Shown here piece after piece: positions 39,577 to 48,635 of a stretch of DNA of 64,000 bases. A program made the translations under genes and the position numbers. This stretch comes from an uncultured Pseudomonadota bacterium (GTDB lineage: Bacteria; Pseudomonadota; Alphaproteobacteria; JACZXZ01). Numbering within the stretch: the first letter of the stretch is position 1; the number at the start of each line of letters is the position of its first letter. The notes beneath the pieces were generated by a model. It ran no database searches and was not told where the DNA came from. It saw only the letters and a list, made by a program, of their open reading frames with translations. The stretch is taken from contig CAVVLJ010000017.1 in NCBI GenBank assembly GCA_963749075.1, forward strand, positions 224,001 through 288,000. The letters are read 5' to 3'.

Positions 39577-40746
39577 ATGTTCTACGAGCTGGCGGCCAGC
39601 AACTGGGGCCCCGAGGAGCACGCGGCCATCGCGCGCGTGATCGCCTCCGACCGCTTCACCATGGGGCCATGCGTCGCCGCCCTCGAGGAGGCCTTCGCGC
39701 GCTACAGCGGCCGCGCCCACGCGGTCATGGTGAACTCGGGCTCCTCGGCCAACCTGATCGCGGTAGCATCCCTCTGCCACAAGCGCGAGCGGCCGCTCGC
39801 GCGCGGCGACGAGGTGATCGTGCCGGCCGTCTCCTGGGCTACCACCTATCATCCGCTGCAACAATACGGCCTCCGCTTGCGCATCCTCGACATCGAGCTC
39901 GACACCCTGAATATGGATTGGCGCCGGCTCGAGGAGGCGCTCGGCCCACGCACGCGCGCGGTGGTGGGCGTCAGCATCCTCGGCAACCCCGCGGCACTCG
40001 ACGCGATTGAGCGCTTCGCGCTCGGGCACGGCCTCTATTTCATCGAGGACAACTGCGAATCGCTCGACGCCGAGCTCGGCGGGCGCAAGACCGGCAGCTT
40101 CGGCCACGTCAGCACCGCGAGCTTCTTCTTCTCCCACCACGTCACCACGATGGAGGGCGGCATGCTGGCGACCGACGACCGCGAGCTCTACGAGCTGGCG
40201 CTCTCGCTCCGGGCGCACGGCTGGGCGCGCGACCTGCCTCGGGACTCGATCATCCACGAGAGGAGCGACGACGCCTTCAACGAGGCCTACCGCTTCATCC
40301 TGCCGGGCTACAACGTGCGGCCGCTCGAGCTGTGCGGCGCCATCGGGCTCGAGCAGCTCAAGAAGCTGCCGGCCGCGACCGCGGCGCGGCGGCGCAATTG
40401 GAACTATTTCCAGAAGCTCTTCGCGGGCGACAACCGCTACATCATCCAGCGCGAGAACGGCAAGAGCTCGGCCTTCTCCTTCACCCTCATCCCGAGCCCG
40501 CAGACCGGCGTCGCGCGCAGGGACATCCTGCCGCTGCTCAAGGACGCCGACATCGGCTACCGCATGATCACCGGCGGCTGCATCACGCGCCACGAGGTGA
40601 TCCGCTATTACGACTACTCGACGCTCGGCGATCTCCCCAACGCCAACCTCGCCCACGACCAGGGCTTCTTCGTCGGCAACCATCCCTTCGACCTGACGCC
40701 GCAGATCGAGCGCCTGCGCGAGGTGCTCGACCGCGCCATGCGCTGA
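39577..40746 (+). CDS. DegT-family PLP enzyme, ColD-like nucleotide-sugar 3-dehydratase
   Basis: VNSGSSANL, EDNCES, SFFFSHHVTTMEGG (His in place of the usual Schiff-base Lys), LRAHGW, GFFVGN. Confidence 0.88.
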   Translation: MFYELAASNWGPEEHAAIARVIASDRFTMGPCVAALEEAFARYSGRAHAVMVNSGSSANLIAVASLCHKRERPLARGDEVIVPAVSWATTYHPLQQYGLRLRILDIELDTLNMDWRRLEEALGPRTRAVVGVSILGNPAALDAIERFALGHGLYFIEDNCESLDAELGGRKTGSFGHVSTASFFFSHHVTTMEGGMLATDDRELYELALSLRAHGWARDLPRDSIIHERSDDAFNEAYRFILPGYNVRPLELCGAIGLEQLKKLPAATAARRRNWNYFQKLFAGDNRYIIQRENGKSSAFSFTLIPSPQTGVARRDILPLLKDADIGYRMITGGCITRHEVIRYYDYSTLGDLPNANLAHDQGFFVGNHPFDLTPQIERLREVLDRAMR

Positions 40747-40839
40747 GGGGGCGCTCCGCCGCCTTGCCGGATGTGCCGAATTGGCCCATAATTCCGCATA
40801 AGGGCAAAGCCACGCAGAAACGCCCGCCAAGGAGGCCAC

Positions 40840-41700
40840 ATGTCGAACTCACGCCTGCTTGCGTGCGCCCTCGCCGGCGCCACGGCACTCTCCCTCGCGG
40901 CACCCTCCGCCTTCGCCAAGGATTGGACCAAGGTCGTCATCGCCACAGAGGGCGCCTACGCCCCCTACAACATGCACGCGCCCGACGGCACGCTGATCGG
41001 CTTCGAGATCGACCTCGGCAACGACCTCTGCCGCCGTGCGAAGCTCACTTGCGAGTTCATGGCGCAGGATTGGGACGGCATCATCCCCGGGCTCAATGCC
41101 GGCAAGTACGACGCTATCATGTCGGGCATGAGCATCACCGCCAAGCGCATGGAAGTGATCAGCTTCTCGCGCAACTACCTGGCCTCGCCCACCACCTTCG
41201 CGGTGCTGAAGACGTCGGCGCTGGCGAGCATGCCCGACACGGGAAAACGCGTCTCGCTCGACGACAAGGCGGCGACCGACGCGGTGATGAAGGACCTGGC
41301 CGCGGCGCTCAAGGGCAAGATCATCGGCGTGCAGGTCGCCACCATCCAGGCCGACTTGCTCAAGACCTACTTCAAGGACATCGTCGAGGTGCGCACCTAC
41401 AAGACGACCGAAGAGCACGACCTCGACCTCCAGGCCGGCCGCGTGGACGCGGCACTCGCCGCCACCTCCTATTTCGTCTCCACCCTCTCCAAGCCCGGCG
41501 GCGACAAGCTGACGCTCGCCGGCCCGCTCTTCACGGGCGGGCTCCTCGGCCACGGCCCCGGCATCGGGCTCAGGAAGTCCGACCCCGAGCTCAAGGCGAT
41601 CTTCGACAAGGCGATCGACGCCGCAATCGCCGACGGCACGGTGCGCACGCTTTCGCTCAAGTGGTTCAAGACCGACATATCGCCGCCGCCCTCAAGCTGA
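40840..41700 (+). CDS. Polar amino acid/opine ABC transporter substrate-binding protein
   Basis: Signal peptide, IATEGAYAPYN, QDWDGIIPGL, DL.AGRVDA. Confidence 0.93.
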   Translation: MSNSRLLACALAGATALSLAAPSAFAKDWTKVVIATEGAYAPYNMHAPDGTLIGFEIDLGNDLCRRAKLTCEFMAQDWDGIIPGLNAGKYDAIMSGMSITAKRMEVISFSRNYLASPTTFAVLKTSALASMPDTGKRVSLDDKAATDAVMKDLAAALKGKIIGVQVATIQADLLKTYFKDIVEVRTYKTTEEHDLDLQAGRVDAALAATSYFVSTLSKPGGDKLTLAGPLFTGGLLGHGPGIGLRKSDPELKAIFDKAIDAAIADGTVRTLSLKWFKTDISPPPSS

Positions 41701-41719
41701 GCGAGGGGCGCCGGCGGCC

Positions 41720-42442
41720 GTGGACCTGGGCGGCTACTTCACCCTGATCGGCTTCGGGCCGGAGGGATGGGGTGGCCAGCTCCTCCGCGCCGCCTTGATG
41801 ACGCTCGCCGTCTCGTCCAGCGCGTTCGCCACGAGCCTCGTCTTCGGCACGCTCGGCGCCGCGGCCAAGCTGTCGCGGAGCGGCACCGCGCGCGCCCTCG
41901 CCGACGCCTATACGACGGTGATGCGCGGCGTGCCAGACCTCCTCGTAATCTACCTCTTCTACTTCGGCGGCAGCCAGGCGCTCACCTCGCTCGGCCACCT
42001 CCTCGGCCACCGGGGGTTCCTCGGCCTCGACGCCTTCATGGTCGGCACGCTCGCGGTGGGCATCGTCTCCGGCGCCTACCAGACCGAGGTGATCCGTGGC
42101 GCCTATCTCGCCATCCCGCCGGGCGAGATCGAGGCCGCGCGCGCCGCCGGCATGGGCCGGCTGCTCACGATGCGGCGCATCACCGGCCCGCGCACGCTGC
42201 GCTTCGCCCTTCCCGGCATGGGCAACGTCTGGCAGCAGGTCTTGAAGGAGTCGGCGCTGATCTCCGTGACGGGCCTCGCCGAGATCATGCGGACGATTCA
42301 CGTCGGCGCCGGCTCGACGCGCCTGCCCTTCGATTTCTACGTCACGGGCTTCCTTCTTTATCTGGCACTCACCACCCTCTCGGGCTTCGCCTTCCGCGGT
42401 GCCGAGGCGCGGACGATGCGGCCCGAGCGCCGGCCGGCCTGA
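41720..42442 (+). CDS. Polar amino acid ABC permease (HisQ/NocQ-like)
   Basis: RGVPDLL, GEIEAARAAG (EAA loop), LKESALIS. Confidence 0.92.
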   Translation: MDLGGYFTLIGFGPEGWGGQLLRAALMTLAVSSSAFATSLVFGTLGAAAKLSRSGTARALADAYTTVMRGVPDLLVIYLFYFGGSQALTSLGHLLGHRGFLGLDAFMVGTLAVGIVSGAYQTEVIRGAYLAIPPGEIEAARAAGMGRLLTMRRITGPRTLRFALPGMGNVWQQVLKESALISVTGLAEIMRTIHVGAGSTRLPFDFYVTGFLLYLALTTLSGFAFRGAEARTMRPERRPA

Positions 42443-42446
42443 GGCG

Positions 42447-43133
42447 ATGGAGCCGGCCTTTCTCGCGTCCACCATGGTTCGCCTCCTGGCGGGCGTGCCG
42501 CTCACCGTCGAGCTTGCCGCGATCTCGATCTCCGCCGGCGCCGCGATCGCCGTGCTCTTCGCCATCTTGCGCGCGAGCTCGACGGCGGGCGCCTGGTTCG
42601 TGCGAAGCTACGTCTACGTTCTGCGCGGCACCCCGCTCCTCCTGCAGATCTTCCTCGTCTATTACGGCCTCGGCCAGTTCGCGGCCGTGCGCGAGAGCCT
42701 CCTCTGGCCCTTCCTGCGCCAGCCCTTCTGGTGCGCCATCCTGGCGCTCACGCTTAACACCGCGGCCTACGGCTCGGAGATCGTGCGGGGCGGGCTGCAG
42801 TCCGTGCCGCAGGGCGCCATCGACGCGGCGCGCGTCTCCGGCATGTCGGGCCTTCTCCTCTACCGCCGCATCGTGCTGCCCCTGGCGCTGCGCCAGGCGC
42901 TGCCGGCCTATGGCAACGAGATCATCCTCATGGTCAAATCGACCTCGCTCGCCTCGATCGTGACGCTCATGGAAGTGTCGGGTATCGCCTACTCCATCGT
43001 CTCGGAGACCTACCGCGCCTTCGAGACCTTCCTCTGCGCCGGCTCGATCTACCTCGTGCTCAACTTCCTCCTCGCGCGCGGCGTGGCTTCGCTCGAACGC
43101 CGCCTCAACGCGCATCTCAGGCCCGCCCAATGA
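42447..43133 (+). CDS. Polar amino acid ABC permease (HisM/NocM-like)
   Basis: RGTPLLLQ, LNTAAY.SEI.RGG, NEII.MVKSTSLAS. Confidence 0.92.
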   Translation: MEPAFLASTMVRLLAGVPLTVELAAISISAGAAIAVLFAILRASSTAGAWFVRSYVYVLRGTPLLLQIFLVYYGLGQFAAVRESLLWPFLRQPFWCAILALTLNTAAYGSEIVRGGLQSVPQGAIDAARVSGMSGLLLYRRIVLPLALRQALPAYGNEIILMVKSTSLASIVTLMEVSGIAYSIVSETYRAFETFLCAGSIYLVLNFLLARGVASLERRLNAHLRPAQ

Positions 43134-43161
43134 CCGCTCTGCGAGCGACGGCACTCCGCGC

Positions 43162-43929
43162 ATGACCGCCGCGATCTCCGCCAAGGACATCCACAAGCGC
43201 TACGGCGCCAACGAGGTGCTCAGGGGTATCACGCTCGAGGCCCACCCCGGCGAGGTGATCGCCATCATCGGCGCCTCCGGCTCGGGCAAGAGCACGCTTC
43301 TGCGCTGCATCTCGCTCCTCGAGCCCCCCGATTCCGGCAGCATCGCGATCGGCGGCGAGACGATCCGCATGAAGAGCCGCCGCGGCCGCCTGGAGCCGGC
43401 GGACAGCGCGCAGGTCAACCGCATCCGCGCCTCGCTCGGCTTCGTCTTCCAGAGCTTCAACCTGTGGGCGCACATGACCGTGCTCGAGAACGTCATCGAG
43501 GCGCCGGTCCACGTGCAGAAGCGCCGGCGCAGCGAAGCGGTGGCCGAGGCCGAGGCCATCCTCGAGAAGGTCGGCATGGCGGAGAAGCGCAACAGCTACC
43601 CGGCCCATCTCTCGGGCGGCCAGCAGCAGCGCGCGGCCATCGCACGGGCGCTCGCCATGCGCCCGCAGGGGCTGCTCTTCGACGAGCCGACCTCGTCCCT
43701 CGATCCCGAGCTCGTGGGCGAGGTGCTGCGGGTGATCGGCGCCCTCGCCGAGGAAGGCCGCACCATGCTGATCGTCACCCACGAGATGGCCTTCGCGGCC
43801 GAGGTCAGCGGCCGCGCCATCTTCCTCGATGCCGGCCGCATCGAGGAGGAAGGCCCGCCCGCCCAGGTGCTCGGCAATCCGCTCACCGAGCGCTGCCGGC
43901 AGTTCCTGGTGCGCCACATCAACCGCTGA
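43162..43929 (+). CDS. Polar amino acid ABC ATPase (HisP-like)
   Basis: GASGSGKST, LSGGQQQR, FDEPTS, VTHEM. Confidence 0.94.
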   Translation: MTAAISAKDIHKRYGANEVLRGITLEAHPGEVIAIIGASGSGKSTLLRCISLLEPPDSGSIAIGGETIRMKSRRGRLEPADSAQVNRIRASLGFVFQSFNLWAHMTVLENVIEAPVHVQKRRRSEAVAEAEAILEKVGMAEKRNSYPAHLSGGQQQRAAIARALAMRPQGLLFDEPTSSLDPELVGEVLRVIGALAEEGRTMLIVTHEMAFAAEVSGRAIFLDAGRIEEEGPPAQVLGNPLTERCRQFLVRHINR

Positions 43930-44487
43930 GGCGGAGCGGGGCGGGCAAGAGGGCTTGGAATGCGAGCATATGGACCTGCGGTCGCAAGCGAACGGGGCAT
44001 CTTGGCGAAGGCACGACCGTCGGCGGCCCGGCTGCCGCAGCGGGTCGCGCGACGCCGGCAGTACTCGGCATTGCTGAGCGAGGTTTCCGACATGGGCCGC
44101 TATGCGGACGTCGAGCCCGGGCGCTGCAATTTCGCACACTACCCTGGGCGGACCCTTACCCAGGTCTATCTGAAGGCCGGCAGTGGGTGGAGGGCGAACG
44201 CAGAAGTTGGCCGCATGGAGGTCCGCTCTGCGCCCACGTCGGTCACCGGCGTACCGCGGTCGACTTCCCGAAAGCCGACAAAGCATCGCGGGGCCTAGTC
44301 GGCCGGGACGGGTGGGAAGCCGTCACTCGCTCATGCGGCCTCAATGACGCCGGTGTGCCATTAGCTGTCGTCCAATGCATCAGTTGGAGCGGCCACGCTC
44401 GCCGGTACCCATATCACGTGACAGCTCAGGGTTGCTTTGCAGCCGCCATAGAAACAGAATTCACGCGAACGCGGCCGGATGTGACCG

Positions 44488-45522
44488 ATGAAAACCTGCA
44501 TCTACTGCAAACGAGATAACAGTGCGACCACTTTCGAGGGCGTCGAACACGTCATCCCGGAGGCATTCGGGACCTTTGGCTCAGAAACGCCGACATTGGA
44601 TTGCGTGTGCGATGAATGCAATGGGCATTTCGGCAAGACGCTCGACATCTATCTTGCTCGCGAGACAGTGGAAGGTGTCGTTCGATACGGCAAGGGCATT
44701 TCTTCGTCTGCGGTGCGACCACAGAAGCACCTCAAGATCACTTTGGATGCTGGGCCGGAAACGGGGCAATTCGCCGGGATGCGGGTCGCTATCGACGGCA
44801 CACGCGGCGAGCTCATGAGGCCGCTCGCTCAATTTCAAATTCTCAACCAAAAGACCGGCCAGCTCGAGACGTACTTCAAGACCCAGATTCATGATCTGAA
44901 GCTACCAGAAGACGTATACGGCAAGCCCGGTGATGGAAGCACCAATGGCACCTGGAAGTGCAATATCTTTTCAGCGTCTCAGAAAGACCACGACGAGATG
45001 GTCGAGGCATTGAGGGCAATTGGGATCGACTTTAGGCCAGGTACACCGTTTAGCATGCCCGAACCAATAATACCCATCGGTGAAGGCCACGAAGACAATT
45101 CGCTTCCCGTTTTGATCGAGGGTGAAGTCACGGATACGCACCGGATGGCGCTTGCAAAGATATTCTTGAACGTCATTGCGAAGTTTTTGGGCAGCGACGA
45201 AGCCTTAAAGCCGCATTGGGATTTTCTCCGGCGGTTCGCTCGCTATGGAGAAGGCACAATCAAGTATAGGGTGCTGGAGAATCCATTTCCGCGCGAGCAG
45301 GAGAGCGAGGCGCTCCAGATGATCCGAGAGAGTATTACTGTACGCATTGAGAACCTTCGTGGCCATGTCGTTGGCTCAATCCAATTCTATGGGAATCAAA
45401 TGTACCAGTTCATTCTCCGTGAGAATGCCTCGTTACCTGAAGAACAGGTGTTCGGATACTGCTTCACCAATGGTCAGGCGCCGCGCCGGCTCTTTCGGAG
45501 CAAATTGCCGGGGTTACGGTGA
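44488..45522 (+). CDS. HNH endonuclease domain protein
   Basis: N-terminal CIYC..EHVIPEAFG..VCDECNGHFG; lower GC than the backbone. Confidence 0.82.
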   Translation: MKTCIYCKRDNSATTFEGVEHVIPEAFGTFGSETPTLDCVCDECNGHFGKTLDIYLARETVEGVVRYGKGISSSAVRPQKHLKITLDAGPETGQFAGMRVAIDGTRGELMRPLAQFQILNQKTGQLETYFKTQIHDLKLPEDVYGKPGDGSTNGTWKCNIFSASQKDHDEMVEALRAIGIDFRPGTPFSMPEPIIPIGEGHEDNSLPVLIEGEVTDTHRMALAKIFLNVIAKFLGSDEALKPHWDFLRRFARYGEGTIKYRVLENPFPREQESEALQMIRESITVRIENLRGHVVGSIQFYGNQMYQFILRENASLPEEQVFGYCFTNGQAPRRLFRSKLPGLR

Positions 45523-45663
45523 TAGTTTACCAAACAGTGCTGGGTCACATGGTGCGGGAATTGCAGGGCAAGTTGCGTCCCTTGATCGCATTCATATGCG
45601 ACACCTGCGCTACTTGCAGGCGAACGGGATGATCAAAGAGCCCGACGAAGGATGGTTGCAGGC

Positions 45664-46539
45664 ATGAACCTCGAGCAACTGAAAAAGGACGTCGGATACC
45701 GGGTCAAGCTCGTCCCACCAGCCTATCATCTTGACGCTGCCGGAGAACCGATACCCTTCGAGGACGAAGACTGGATCATCATGGCGGTGACCAATGAGTA
45801 CGTCGAGATCAATACTGCCTCGGGTCACTTCTACCGTCTTGGTAAGGACCACGTCAGAAGCTTCACGACAGATCCGCATCGCGCCTCCGACGGGCTGAAT
45901 CATGCCTTCCTGCAGTTGCACGTTCAGCTTTACATACGTGGTGCAGATGTGACCGCGATACCCAATCATCAGCCTGGCGCGCCGGTGCCGCCGCCGCTCA
46001 ATCCTGCCCTCAGGGCGCGGGCAATCTTCGTCCCCGAATTGGAGCGGGTGTTTCGGCGCCAAGTGCAGATCCTCGACAGAGTTGTGGTCAACTTCTCCGT
46101 AACCTCTAACGACATGCTGGGGACTCACCAAGCTATCCGACCGGGCGACACGTGGGAATCATTGAGGCCCGTTCAGCCGCGCCTGTTTCCCCAGGTCGCC
46201 GTGTATCGCGATCTTTCGGCGTCCGATGTCGAGTTGCTGGCTGAGTTCTACGGCGCCGTGAGCGAGGTCGCTGACCTGATCGAGCATTGGGCGGGGACTA
46301 TGGCGTTGACCGAGTACAATGCCTGGAACGTCTTGATGCACAAGGTGCGGCACAGCCTCCGAATGGGCGAGTTGGCAGTACAGAAGCTCTGTCATGATCG
46401 CGCCTACGATGCGACCATGCCCGCCGGAGGGAGTTTGCTATCGCAGTCCCAAAGGGTCCTGACCGCAGCTGACAAAGCGCGAGAGGTCTTTATGGCGAAG
46501 TTCGCGACTTTGCAGCAAAGGACAGCCGTACCGAGCTAA
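45664..46539 (+). CDS. Hypothetical protein (islet cargo)
   Basis: ~291-aa ORF with normal composition and lower GC; no motif recognised. Confidence 0.7.
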   Translation: MNLEQLKKDVGYRVKLVPPAYHLDAAGEPIPFEDEDWIIMAVTNEYVEINTASGHFYRLGKDHVRSFTTDPHRASDGLNHAFLQLHVQLYIRGADVTAIPNHQPGAPVPPPLNPALRARAIFVPELERVFRRQVQILDRVVVNFSVTSNDMLGTHQAIRPGDTWESLRPVQPRLFPQVAVYRDLSASDVELLAEFYGAVSEVADLIEHWAGTMALTEYNAWNVLMHKVRHSLRMGELAVQKLCHDRAYDATMPAGGSLLSQSQRVLTAADKAREVFMAKFATLQQRTAVPS

Positions 46540-46903
46540 CGGCGGTATGGAGTAGGTTATCGGCCAGCCCAACGTCCGCCCTGGGGCAGCAACAGCGGGA
46601 CCCGCCGATGCCTATGGATGACCGCTTCGGGTCGAATGCGGCCGAGATGCTGTCCGACACTAACGTCCGATTCGCCGGGACCGGCACCTGAAAGCGGTCA
46701 GACCGCTTTCGGCCAAACTTCAGACATTGGCGTGTATGTGGCTAAGGTCTGCCGTGGGTCGGATCCGGTTGTTCGGTCGACGTGACACAAATAACCGCTC
46801 CTGGCACAACTCGACCGTATCGCATCGCGCGAGCGGCGACCGCTCACCGATCCAAAGCGGACTTCGGCTGATAACCCCTGAGGCGCGCTTTCTCGCTCTA
46901 GCC

Positions 46904-47545
46904 CTATTGCCCGCTCAGCGTCATGCGCAGCTCTGCGCCGTCGGCACCTTCCTCGTTCACCATCTCGAGGGTGGCGTGGACGAGCGCCTGGCGGTAGGTC
47001 TTGTGCGCGCCGGCGTAGGTCTTGTAGCCCTCGCTCGGCTCGCGCGGGAGATTGGGCTTGGCATAGCCGGGGCCGGTGATGACCGTCTCGGACGAGGTGA
47101 GACGGTGCTCGACCTCGCTCGCCAAGAGAGCGAGCGCCCCGGCATCGGTCGGCGGCGGCGCGTTGCCGAGGAAGCTCTTGGCGATGTCGCGGGCGAAGGG
47201 CCCGTCGCCGGCGCTGTCGATGAACGAGCGCAGCAGCAGGAGATCGGCCCGCCGCACGGTGCCGCCCGCGTCGATCGTCGCCTCCAAGGTGGCGAGGCTA
47301 TGGAAGCGCGCTCCGCTCGGCTGGTAGCGCACGACCGTGAGGCCGCCGGAGGCATCGGCCCGCCCGCTTTCCACCAGGTGGAACCAGCCGAAAAAGCCGC
47401 TGTGCTCGACCTCTGCGAGCGGCCGGCCGAGAAAGCCCGCGGCCGGATCCGCGGCCGCGGCTCCGCCGGCCAAGGAGAGTGCTGCCGCGAACAGGGCGGC
47501 TCCCCGGATCAGCCGAGCGAGCGGACGGGCCATACGCTCCTCCAT
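46904..47545 (-). CDS. Secreted hypothetical protein
   Basis: Signal peptide (LFAAALSLAGGAAAA-D) and GC-biased codons. Confidence 0.7.
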   Translation of the reverse strand: MEERMARPLARLIRGAALFAAALSLAGGAAAADPAAGFLGRPLAEVEHSGFFGWFHLVESGRADASGGLTVVRYQPSGARFHSLATLEATIDAGGTVRRADLLLLRSFIDSAGDGPFARDIAKSFLGNAPPPTDAGALALLASEVEHRLTSSETVITGPGYAKPNLPREPSEGYKTYAGAHKTYRQALVHATLEMVNEEGADGAELRMTLSGQ

Positions 47546-47627
47546 GCAATTCCCTTTGCCGCGACTCGCTAAAATTCCGCATTTTTTCTGTCGTTCGCGG
47601 CCGGCGTTGCAATTATCATGCGCCGTC

Positions 47628-48629
47628 ATGTCCGCCGCAAGCGAAGAGGCCCGCGGCCGCTGGCCGCGCATCACCATCCTGACGCCGTGCCTGAACGCGG
47701 CGCCGCACATCGCCGCGGCGCTCGACAGCGTGGCACGCCAGCACTATCCCGAGCTCGAGCATATCGTGCTCGACGGCGGCTCGCGCGACGGTACCCTCGA
47801 GACGCTGCGGCACTACCCGGCGCTCACGGTAATCAGCGAACCCGACGACGGCCCGCACGATGCCATGAACAAGGGGCTCGCGCGCGCCTCGGGCGACATC
47901 GTGGGCTTCCTCAATGCCGACGATGTCTATCCCGACGGGCTCCTCCTCGAGGTCGGGCGGAGCTTCAGGGACGACCCGGAGCTTGCCGTCGCGGTCGGCG
48001 GCTCCCTCGTCCTCGAGCGCGACCGCGCCGGGCGCGAGCGGCCGGTGGTCGCCCGCGCGCATGCGCGGGAGAGCGGCTTCTGGCTCCCCGAGCTCGCCTT
48101 CGGCGCTCCCGGCTTCAACGCGCGCTTCTTCCGCCGCAGCCTCTTCGCCCGCATCGGCAACTTCGACACCGGCTATTTCATCGCCGCCGACCGCCAGTTC
48201 CTCATCCGCGTAGCACTGGCCGGCCTCAAGGCCAGGCACCTCGAGCGCCCGGGCGTGCACTATCTGCGCCATCCCGGCTCGCGCACGCTCAATGCGGAGC
48301 GCCGCCTGGCGCCGGCCATAGCGCTCGAGCACATTCGCATGGCGCGGGACTTCGCCGGGACGAAGGGCATCTCGAGCGGGGCGCGGCGCACCTTCAGGGC
48401 CTGGCGCGCGCTCGAGAGCGGCAAGCTCATTCTCCACGACATGGGCGCGGGACACCTCGGGGAGGCCTTGGCCCGGCTCGGCGGCCTCTGCCTCAGCGAC
48501 CCCTTATGGCCGCTCCATCTCCTGGAAGCGAGCGCCTTGCGCGCCACCGTGCTGAAGGGCGAGCGCCTTGCCGAAACGCCGCCGCCGGCCGTCGAGCTGC
48601 CCGAGGAGCGCCAGGAGCCGGCGGCTTGA
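47628..48629 (+). CDS. Glycosyltransferase family 2
   Basis: ITILTPCLN, LDGGSRDGT, DAMNKG..ASGD..FLNADD, AAD. Confidence 0.92.
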   Translation: MSAASEEARGRWPRITILTPCLNAAPHIAAALDSVARQHYPELEHIVLDGGSRDGTLETLRHYPALTVISEPDDGPHDAMNKGLARASGDIVGFLNADDVYPDGLLLEVGRSFRDDPELAVAVGGSLVLERDRAGRERPVVARAHARESGFWLPELAFGAPGFNARFFRRSLFARIGNFDTGYFIAADRQFLIRVALAGLKARHLERPGVHYLRHPGSRTLNAERRLAPAIALEHIRMARDFAGTKGISSGARRTFRAWRALESGKLILHDMGAGHLGEALARLGGLCLSDPLWPLHLLEASALRATVLKGERLAETPPPAVELPEERQEPAA

Positions 48630-48635
48630 CGGCCG

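Noticed and set aside
38416-40839. 807-aa minus-strand ORF and similar Arg/Ala/Pro-rich alternative-frame ORFs throughout the track
   Set aside because: They overlap well-supported genes and have shadow-frame composition.
43960-44298. 112-aa ORF after the ABC ATPase
   Set aside because: No motif and weak start context; may be a fragment but cannot be supported.
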